Shown piece after piece: positions 51,418-62,200 of a stretch of 64,000 nucleotides of DNA. The translations under genes and the position numbers were made by a program. This stretch comes from Haliotis rufescens (Eukaryota): positions 31,496,001-31,560,000 of the forward strand of contig NW_025963791.1 in assembly GCF_023055435.1 (NCBI RefSeq), read 5' to 3'. Position 1 is the stretch's first letter; each line of letters starts with the position of its first letter. The notes beneath the pieces were generated by a model. It was given only the letters and a program-made list of their open reading frames with translations. It was not told the origin of the DNA and did not search any database.

Positions 51418-53065
51418 ACTAAACCTTCATCTTTCGCTTTCTATCAGACATATACTCTTTCACTTCCGTGTTTGTACAGAGAAAGAGAGATCCGTATTTA
51501 TCACAAGATATATCACACATATCTTTTGATGTTAGGACATCCCTGACATACTCCCCCGACTGTCAGCTGTATCACCTTTTTGATGTCCCCGGCTACAAGC
51601 AGGATGTCTCCTGTGCTGGTAGTTGAGATACCACGAGGTTGACCGAGTGCTCTGTCTCCGGTAGGGGCGTATCTCCACACAACATGCCCCTCTGACGTCA
51701 GACATATCACAGACTGCTTCCCCCAGTCAGACACGAGTATGTTGCCCTTGTTGTTGACACACATGTAGGTGGGGTAGCTAAACAGTGTCTTGTTTTGTGT
51801 TGTCATTGACCTCAGCACGTGTCCCGCCATGTCCAAGATATCAACATAGGCCATACCACCTGCTGCTAGAGATGAAGGACTCAGAACAGCGAGACTGTAG
51901 TACACCTTGCTTGTTGTGATGGTAGAGAGCAGCACCAGGTCAGGGGTCACTTCTACTGTTACAATCTCACTGAATTCAGGGACAGCAACCATCACCTGGT
52001 TCTCCTTCAACTGTGTTATTCCCAATGGAGAGTAGACCAGGGGAAGTCTACTTTGACATGGATGATTGTTTCTTGTGTAGAACGATTTCACACACGTGTT
52101 ATTGAAGTCAGTGACAACACATGTCTATATACCATTGACAACCAGGACTGTGACGTCACAAAGGTAAGGCTTATCTTCATCATCCGCCATCCTCCCGTCT
52201 ATCGTGTCAACCAGCACTGGAGACGGCAGACGTGTGCCCTGATCCTGGTATGTGACGTCAATCTTCCCCAGCTGTAGGTCATCTAGGATGTGCTGGACGT
52301 TGTCAGTGTCAGGTGTAAACCTGATGTCATCTATTTTCCCTGTGTCTGCTGTGTCTGTTTCCCTGACATCCCCCTTCTCTACAGCCCCCGACTCCCAGGC
52401 CTGATACGCGTCATACAGGTCCATCTCACAGTCCGATACCAAGGCCTGGTCAATGAACTCACAATGTTGTCTGTACATCTGCATCTCAATCTCTTCATGT
52501 TTCACACCGGAGCGGAGTTGGCCGGCGTACGTCTGTGTAATGTGATTCAGTTCATCCAAGAGTTGTGTTTCTTTCTCTTTAATCTTGTTTATAGCTGTTT
52601 GACAGATTGATTTAATATTTTGCACAGTTAACTCCGTGCTTCTTGAACTATTTTGTAGTTTCTCGTTTTTCATCTCTACCTTCTTCGACCTCACCTTCAG
52701 TCTCTTCCCCATGCCAAATCTCTTCTCCAGCAGTACTGTCTTCATCTCTGGCTTCATAGACTCAATGGTGACGAGAGTTTTACAAGCTCTGTGGTAGATG
52801 ATACAACATGTCTGACAAGCAGCCTTCTGACAGTCTTTACAGTGGAACTCTACATTGTTACTCTTGTGTTCTGTACACTTAATCGTCCGTCTGCCCTTTG
52901 ACTTAGATGACAGGTCACAGAGGTCATGGTTCTGTAAGATAGGGCTCACCCGGTGTGTCTTCACACATCTGTCACAGAGGGCCACCTCACACTCAGGACA
53001 CCACAAGGCACCTGGAGTTGTCTCCCCTATTTGCTGACAGATCGTACAACAGGTGCTTGACTTCT
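51418..53065 (-). pseudogene. TRIM-NHL copy F large exon: B-boxes and coiled coil intact; nonsense codon at the NHL start and a later frameshift
   Basis: CAG>TAG at 52125-52127; frame continues to a 2-nt deletion at about 51560 (cgactgtcag versus cgactctgtcag). Confidence 0.85.
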
Positions 53066-53448
53066 CTGTAAACACAAATACGAACATATTTTTTTCTGAA
53101 ACCTCACAAAATGGAAACGCTAAGTAAGCAGTCTTTATTTTATTTCAGGGAAATAAGCCCGATCAAAATTGATGAATTTTTTTCAATTTAAACAGCGATT
53201 AATCAAACTGAATAATACAACTGGTTGTACTTCTTATAAACGTGTTATCACTTAACTTTGTTCATCTTCAACAAAAAGAAATCATCAAACTGGATTGACA
53301 CTCGTTAATTATGTTTAATGTTTCGTGTACAAATTGTTACATATTTGTTCAATATTATTTCATAAGTGTATCTAATTCTTAAACACAATAGACGTATCAA
53401 TACGAATGCCACTACTGGTTGAACATATAAATTTTGTTTTCACTTAAC

Positions 53449-53755
53449 CTGGCGCATCTTCCTCGGTCCTGAGGGTGTCAATCAGCCCCTGTATAATGAT
53501 GCTGGGTTTGATCTGCCCCGCCCACTCCTCCACTGGTCTGCTGGGATGGGGGACCTTGGTATCTTGTCGACAGAAGGCACAGGGGATCGTCTTGGACTGA
53601 ACAGCATCTGGCCTGGTTTGGATGTACTTGGTGATACATCTCTGACAGAAGGTGTGGTGGCAGGTCAGTGTACACGGGTCTGTGTACGTCTTGAAGCAGA
53701 TGGAGCACGTCAGGAAATTTTCCTTCACTTTCTTCTCCAACTGAGCAGTAGCCAT
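53449..53755 (-). CDS. Copy F RING exon
   Basis: Intact RING; ttaacag|ATG; donor G|GTTAAG. Confidence 0.85.
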
Positions 53756-54266
53756 CTGTTAAATTCGCATATTATACCGTTATAGTTTTATGTATATATA
53801 TTTAGTGTACTAATACAAAAGACAACGACATAACTGATCTTGTCTCATGGAAATGTAAAGGTTTATATCCATTTGAGTGTTAGCATATATACAGATGTAC
53901 ATGTATGCACCGGAGCACACGTTGCCAAGTGGTTATACGTGCCACTTTCGCTGTGAGTTGCGTCTCTTAGGCGTGATCGTGTGTTGAATCCCAGTTCGCC
54001 CTGAATGTTTCTATGCGCGTTTGCATGATACTCGTGCACGTGGATTTTACCAAAGTGGCATCATAAGGCCTGCATCATTTCGTCTTTTCTTCCCATACCA
54101 AGCTGCCACGCACTGGTTTAAATGTGTGACCAATTGAGGCAAGGCACTCAAATAGCCACATAAAGGAAAATGTACATTTACGCAACGGCTTTACAACATA
54201 TCTACACCTGCAAGTATATGCACTCCAGTTTGCATATATGTGGTCATATGCACACAGTGCTTCAGT

Positions 54267-54833
54267 CAATCTAATTAAAATCAGATATAAGTTCTCGCTG
54301 CTGCTAAACAAAGATCTGAGGACATCCCATAGTCAGAACGACCTTTCGCGAACTTTGACCGACCACTGAAACGACTAACAAGAAGTCGACATCAGCCAAT
54401 TAGAAAGCAGCTTTCTCGAGCTTTGCGGCACTATTTTCAGACTACGCTTGAAAAATATGTTGACACATTTCTCTATTGATATTTTGAAAACTGAACAGAC
54501 GAACATTCCCGAATGTCTAATATATGGTTGCGATTGTATGGCAGTGCTTCCCACGTACTGTGCAACGCCTCTTCTGTTCAAATGTTTATCCCAAGGAAGC
54601 GAGATAGACGATTATTTTGACGGAATCAGTCGTACGGGTCGTAACTGTCGTTCGGAATACCCCGTGGTAACGTTTTCGAGGTTGCATGATTAGAAAACAC
54701 ATCACTTTCTTGATATGGTAAGCGACACTTTGATTGGTCCTATGAAAGTTCGTTCTGACGTGACCCGTAATGGGATGTCCTCAGATCTTTGTTTAGCGAT
54801 AGCGAGAACTAAGATCTGATTTTAACGAGATTG
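54267..54833. mobile_element. Mutator-like MITE, paralog of 3385-3966
   Basis: Same TIRs; TSD tgcttcagt / tgcgtcagt. Confidence 0.8.
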
Positions 54834-57800
54834 TGCGTCAGTGGGCTTCAGTGCTGCAATCTCACTCTTACCGCAATGATTGCCTGTGTTTCTAGCATGA
54901 GTTAATTACTGCCCTTCCTTCCAAATACTTGAACCTATCGAGGACATATCTGCACCGCCCAACTCGGCGCCTATATATACGTGTTATCTATTCACGCAAG
55001 AGTAACCTCGACCCCCTTTCACAATCAACACTGGCAGAGCACACTATCGTCTCGGCACGTAGTCACCAGCAGTTAGGTATAGGATCTATAGTTATCGAGG
55101 AACAATTGAGTGGATACGTTCACCGAAATTACAACTGGGGATTGCCTTTTATTTATATTATGTTACCGGCCAATGTCAGTATATTTGAGTAATTGTAAAA
55201 TTCAGGTAGCTTCTCAACTCTCTGCCAACATAGAGTGGAATGATGTGATAACCTCTTGTTACAACAGGCATCGATTTCAAGGCGTTTTGTCACTCAGATA
55301 TCTCCAGCAGATTATGTTTTATAGAAACAGTGAATGCTCAGTAACAGTTTGACATGATCTGTTTTTCAGAAAACGACAAGAGGTGACCTCATATCGGCCT
55401 TTCTGCTGGCTTTGCGTCCATGTGTGGATTGCCGCCCTCAGCTAAACTCGTCCTTTTCCGTAACCGATCACTCGGCTAGTAAATCGCAAAAACTCGCCCC
55501 TGCCCGTAACCACAAAGAAGACTCGGCCATGAATGTAAGCCGAGCGGGTAAAACTACAATAACAGGCCTGCGCCTGAACACACGCGCGAATACAATGTTT
55601 TCGCGTTTATAGTTCATCCGTTTAATTTTCGTCTAATCACATATTTACGAAGTTACTTTTTTAGAAGCTTCTCTCCTAAATATATTTAAAATATACAACG
55701 GCATTTTGAAAAAATATAGTTCCAACACTGTAATTGTATACAAAACCTGCACTTGTCTGGAGTGATCACAGCGAGAATTGACTACAAACCGGCAAAGACT
55801 TTGTTCGTTCAAACACTGTTGAAATGACCCGAGTCGACCTTGGCAGATGGACATTTCTCCTCTTGGCCTCTCATTGGTATCATCATCTTTGGCAGCTAAA
55901 TGTTATTGGAAATTAAAATCTGTCAGGTGGTCTGATTTTCTTAATTATGCCAGAATAAAATAGTACCTGGTCTCACAAATAAAAATGACATTGATGTTTG
56001 TAAGGACAACATTACATTTTTGCAGGGAAATGTATTTGGAAAGCTCCTGCTTTTGTAAAGGAAGTGATGGGCCAGTGTTAGACAAAGAAGGCCCATTTGT
56101 CTTGCGACGATACTAGGCCCAAATCTAATGTATGGTTAACCCAAAGAGCATTTTTGGATTGTGTCCAAATGTGGCAAAATAGTTGTTTGTAAGCTTCTAT
56201 TTATTTTAATGGTTTATAAAATTCGTTATGATCATCTGCTCTTTTATTGATGGTGAATTCACCTCTCCAGTAAGTAGTTGTCTTCCGTCAACTTTATATA
56301 CTCGTTGAGTTGACGTTATATCATTGATAATACATTCAGAATAAAGTTTAAGAAAACTCTTTTTGTTGAAGATTGCATTTTCTTTTCTAAATACATCTGT
56401 GGTTGCACGAGTGCAAGCATACAAAATGTATTCCTCTTCACATACGGGTCCAGGATTGCTCGATTATATCAGGACCTAACTGAAAACGTAATTAAAGTTC
56501 CTAAATAATAGTTTTGAATACTGTAATTTTCACTTTGTTTGTTACAGTACATGTCCCCTATTACTGATCTACACCGGGTACAACGGTTACGGGAGACACT
56601 TTCTTGACTTCGACCTTGCCGCAATATCGATGTCATTCACTTTATTTCCTAGCCTTTAAATTATAATGGAGTATTATACATTTTTAGTTTCAAACATTAT
56701 ATATTTCATATTACTCTATGAAAACAACAATGGTTTAATTGAACTTGCCTTATAAAAGGGTACAGGTTTACTCGCATTTGCACGCGAAGATGGAAACAAA
56801 TATATATACTCAAACTTGCGACTTCCATTCCAGACTAAGCTTTTTAAAGTATTCTGAATAAGTCAGACAGTCCGTAACATTTGTTTTGTGTTGAGCTTTA
56901 GAGGTTTCATGATTAGAAAACATATTCCGCTAACAATGTAATATAACAATATGAATATTTCATTTTTATTCTTTTATTACGTGTTTGTATCGTTATCTAT
57001 CGTGTAGATTTTCGATCACGAACGTTGATATTACTTAATTTCGTTTATCCGACATAATCATATGCAACCAACCATGTCGGGTTAACGGGACTTGACTGTA
57101 TTACAGTAAAATAATGTCATGTGGAATAAAGGCAATAAACATCACTGTACGCACATAGAGACATTCGTGTAGATTGTCGTACCTACCTTCAGCGTTGACT
57201 ACAGTTGAAAACATCGCCGTGTCATGCCTGTTTGTCTGAATGTTCTGCTCTCTAGTTGGTGGGCGTAAACATTGCTATCACGGGAAAATCAGACACCCAA
57301 AGTCCAAGTCGAATGTCATAACGAAAGTACAACACGTTACTTCCTTCTACAGCAGTAATGGCTTATGTTCAATGATAAAAAGCAATATCCCAGTTCAAAA
57401 ACGTGTTGTCTAAAGCTATGTGAATACTGGTAAATCTACGTTTTTACTGACTGGGTCAATGCATTGATAACAGCGATCGGCATTGCTAGCCCATTTCCGT
57501 GATCAGTCATTCGGTATGTGCAGGAAAAATTTGGATGCGGATGATGGATTTTAAATGATCAAAAGTGATGACAGTAATACGCATTAATAGTTGCGCCAAT
57601 ATATATGCCCCAAAAGAGATAAGAATTAACGGTTCAGTCTGTCGTCTACAGTCTCATGTGCCTTATGCAACTATCCATAAAAGACAGAATCCATTCTTTG
57701 TCGATGATAAATGTCTCTCTTCAGCGACGCTAGAAATATGTGACCATTTGCTTGAGGTACAGTAGAATTTAGTTTGGTAATGTGTGTGCGCCTTTCAGGT

Positions 57801-58738
57801 GTAAATACTTTGTTTATTGTCTTGACAAACTTCTACTTGAAATGAAAGGAGGTCTTTTTAAAGCAAGTGTCATATAAAACATGAAGGTTCATCTTGGTAT
57901 GTAGATAAAGTATCCAATTGGTATATTTTTCGATTGACTGCAGACTGTTTAGTAACACGAAAGTCTGGTCAGCCAATCCAGTTACCTCGTCTCTGTAATA
58001 ACATGGAATGTTAAAAATTGATAATTGTTTAATTTGAAGTTTACACGATATACAGCTTTTCCATTGGATGAGAGGTCGGTCACATGACCGCGAAATTGTC
58101 GTTCATAAGTGTATGAACGACGCAATTTGACGTTCATACGTTTTTCACGAGACCTTGTGCTAGAAATGACGTCAAGATTAACGGACTACTTCCACATTCC
58201 TGGTGCGGGGAATTCCCTGGTACGAATAAATACAGAAGCGTTCTTTCTTTACATTTAGACCCTTTAATCTTGATCTCAGCATTTCAGTGTACATTGAGAA
58301 ATGTCGGAGGGTTTGACTGCATGATCGTTTAAGAATATCCTCGCTACGATCGAACCTATAGTGAACAAAACGAAGAAATGCACATCCAAACTATCGTAGT
58401 ATCGACTCGATTCGTGTCTAGGATGATAGTGAGTCTACCACAATCTTTCAATTCACCTTACTGTCTAATTAACACATCTTTAATCACCTTTCAATGATCG
58501 ACCAGCTGAACAATGATGACTCAAACATGTAACCGCCACAGGTTCATTAACAACTTCCGAAATCTCTCCCGTCACGTTTATCGTGTCGGCCATTTTGACG
58601 TCTTGTACTTGATGTAAATGTATTACGAGGCGCTGTCATTGTTATTGACTTACTGAGGTATTTCTTAACAGACATTTCTCATCTAATGAAGATATACATT
58701 TGTTGTAAAGAAACTACAAATGTTGTTTCTGTAGAGCA

Positions 58739-59117
58739 TGTTGGACATAAGGAAATTGTCATCACAGATGTGAGTATGCCATGTTTCCGAACAGGTCGTT
58801 CCTGTGTGTAAGCAGTTCGCGCACCCACTGCTTTACTTCGCGGAAATAGATCTAAAAAGCATGAAAAAAGCATGCATGTGTGCCACGTGTCGACAAACAT
58901 GTCATTGTAATTCAGTTTGGCATTAGGATTAGGATAGGCAACATCGTTAGACAGAGTAGTCATTTAGTGATCGGGATAATAATAAAAATTTGGAAAAGAA
59001 AAGAAACTTTGTAAATGTAAATTGAAGTACAACAGTAATTCTTGTCTGTAATAAAACCATCGTAAATAAATTAGTGTCTTTGCCTGTCTATTGCACTTCT
59101 TCTATTTCTGCTGAACA
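58739..59117 (+). mobile_element. 5' LTR of a Bel/Pao retrotransposon
   Basis: TGTT...AACA termini; starts where homology to the paralog at about 7730 ends; AATAAA inside. Confidence 0.85.
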
Positions 59118-59121
59118 AAAA

Positions 59122-59139
59122 TGGTAGCAGAGCGTGGTT
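59122..59139 (+). promoter_or_regulatory. Primer-binding site (tRNA-iMet)
   Basis: TGGTAGCAGAGCGTGGTT four bases after the LTR. Confidence 0.85.
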
Positions 59140-59299
59140 AATTCGTTGTTACTCATGGTTACTGCCTGTTAGTGGATCATGGTGTTATTGGTGCAAGTTA
59201 GATTAGTTTGGATGCAGGAATAGTTCCAGTGCGAGACAGGTGAGTTAGTTGTTAGAAACAAATGTGTTTATAAGACTTAGGAATAGTGTAAGGAAGAAA

Positions 59300-62200
59300 A
59301 TGGCTGAACCTCAAAAAGCAACCTCAGACACTGTGCTTGTGTTAAAATCTGAAACTTTAATGTCGGACTTTGGTAAAAGTAATGAGTCAAAGCCAGCTGT
59401 GGAAGAGGTTTTGTTAAAACTCAAAAAACAAAAAGCCAGTGCAAAGACTGCATTTACGAAGGCGAAAAATAAACTCTACAATATGACAGAAGGTAAGGAT
59501 GTCCCAACTCGAAGGTCTGTTCGAGATCAGATGGATCAGTTGTGCATTGTCCAAGCAATGGAAGTAATGCTGATGTTGTCTGAAGAATACTCCAAAAACA
59601 ATGATGTAGCAAATTCTAAAAAACTTAGCATTGAAATAACTAGACTTGAAGATGAGACTGAAAGTGCACAGCAACATGCTCAACAGTACTTAAACTGTAG
59701 ATCAGATGCTAGCTCTGTACTAAGTTTACGAACAGGGATGTCAATGTTGTTCAACCAGAAACAAGAACACGGTAAAAGTCAGAAACAAGAATGTCCCGGA
59801 GAAAAAGGGAAGGACGTTGAACAGGCTCAGAATGAGTCCATAAAGACTTTTGTAAGAAGTGAACATGAATTAGGTCAACCAAAGGACATGTTCACGGTTG
59901 GTAGGTCACATGTTGAACCCAGTTCTCTTTCGAATAAACCAGACAAAAGCGCGATTGGACATGACATGTGGAAGCAGCTGCAGAGAGTTTCTATGTCAGT
60001 GTTTGCAGGTGATGTCAGGTCTTATCAGAGCTGGAAGGCAGCATTCATTGCATGTATTGATAACTCACCAGCAACACCAGAATACAAGCTATTGCAATTG
60101 CGGCAGTATTTAGCAGGTGAAGCTCTTAGAGTGATTAGGGATTTGGGGCATAATGCAGTTGCTTATCAAGTAGCTCTTGAGAGATTAGAGAGGAAGTTTG
60201 GTGGCATGAGGCGCCAGATTGCTTTACATCTTGAAGAGTTAGACAATTTCAAACCCATTCGCCCAGGTCATGCAAAAGATTTAGATAGATTTGCTGACAT
60301 GCTGGATGCTGCTGTAGTTAACCTCCGTGAATCTGACAGAGTAGAAGAATTAGGAAATGGTCTTCTTTATATGAAGTTGCTAAAAAAGATGACTGAAGCC
60401 ATGGTTACAGAGTATCAACGTTGGGTATTTGATAGACAAAGACAAGAGTCAGTTGAAACTCTGAGAGAATGGGTGCTCCAAGAAGCAGAATTTCAAACAA
60501 TTGCAGCTGAAACCATTCATGGTGTCTGTGATAAGTCATTAAAATCTGAACATAAAAGAACTCCTCGTACATTCCTTGGGCATGACAGTAACCAGAAACC
60601 TGGTGGGCATTATGCTGGAGTAAAGAGTTTGTGCATAGTATGCAAAGAGCCACATGATGTTTGGAATTGTAGAAAGTTCACAGCTTTAAAAGTGCAGGAC
60701 AGATGGAACAAAGCAAAGGAGTTAAATCTTTGCTTTCGTTGCTTAGGAAGCAACCATCGTGGTAAACACTGTTGGCGAACAAGATTATGTGGCATGAATG
60801 GATGCAGAAGCAACCATAACAGGCTGCTACATGTGGATAGGGATAGGGTTGATTCAACTGCTGATGTTGAAAAAGCTTCAGTTCCATTAAACAAAATAGA
60901 ACATACAGACAATAGTTCAAAAGAACAAGCAGAACGATCACATGCAACTAACATGGCATCGAACGTTGCTTCAAAATCTTCATTCATTGGGCTTAGAACA
61001 GTGCCAGTAATCCTCAAACATGGGAATCGCAGAGTTACTGTTAATGCTTTGCTAGATGACGCCAGCACAAGGTCCTATATTAATGCAGACGTTGCTGCAG
61101 AGCTAGGACTGCAAGGTAAAACTAAACAAGTCACTGTGAATGTGTTGAATGATGAGAAAGCCACATTTGAAACAATGCCAGTAGAATTTGGACTGGAAAG
61201 TAAAGGTGGTGAGGTTGATGTTAATATTTCTGCTTTCACAACAACTAAGGTTACAGGTGATTTGCAGGTTGTTGACTGGCAGAAATATGGCAAACTATGG
61301 ACACATCTGCAAGATATAGACTTTCCTAAAATTGCATCCCCTCCTATTGTCGATGTCCTGATAGGCATGGATAATTCAGAACTTCACTATTCCTACTCAG
61401 AGGTACGTGGGAATCCAGGTGAACCTCTTGCACGGTTAACGCCCCTTGGCTGGACTTGTATAGGGAACATTGCAGGGACAGGCTCTGATAATCAGACTCA
61501 CTTTTCTAGTACATTCTTCTCTCATTCAAATGCTGATGATCAAGATTTGAATATGTTGTTGCATAGGTTTTGGGAAGTTGAGAAATTCCAGTCTAAAGAG
61601 ACTGAAAACATAAGCCCTGAAGACAAGAATGTATACAACAGGGTGAAAGATGCCTTGACGTATGAGGATGGTCACTATCAAATAGGCATACCATGGAAGA
61701 AAGAGGTACATGCCTTACCATCAGATAACTATCAGATGGCTCTAAGTCGTCTTGAGAGTACAGAGAAGAAATTAGAAAAGGATGAGACTATAGCTGCTGC
61801 ATATGATACTGTCATTTCACAGTATCACACAAACGGATATATCAGGAAAGTACCTACTGAAGAAATGACAAATACAGGAAAGTGGTATTTGCCTCATTTC
61901 CCGGTTGTACGTTTGGATCGTCTCACAACAAAAGTGAGAATTGTATTTGATGCCTCAGCCAAATACAAGGGTATTTCTTTGAATGAAGTTATCCACCAAG
62001 GTCCCAAACTGCAGAGGGAACTTTTTGATGTATTGTTACGATTTAGACGCAACCCAGTAGCACTTATGAGTGATATTGCCGAGATGTACCTACAGGTCAA
62101 AATCTCTCCCGATGATCGGCCCTATCACAGATTCTTATGGAGGTCCATGAAACGAGATGAGCAACCCACAGAGTATGAGTTTAGTCGAGTGGTATTTGGG

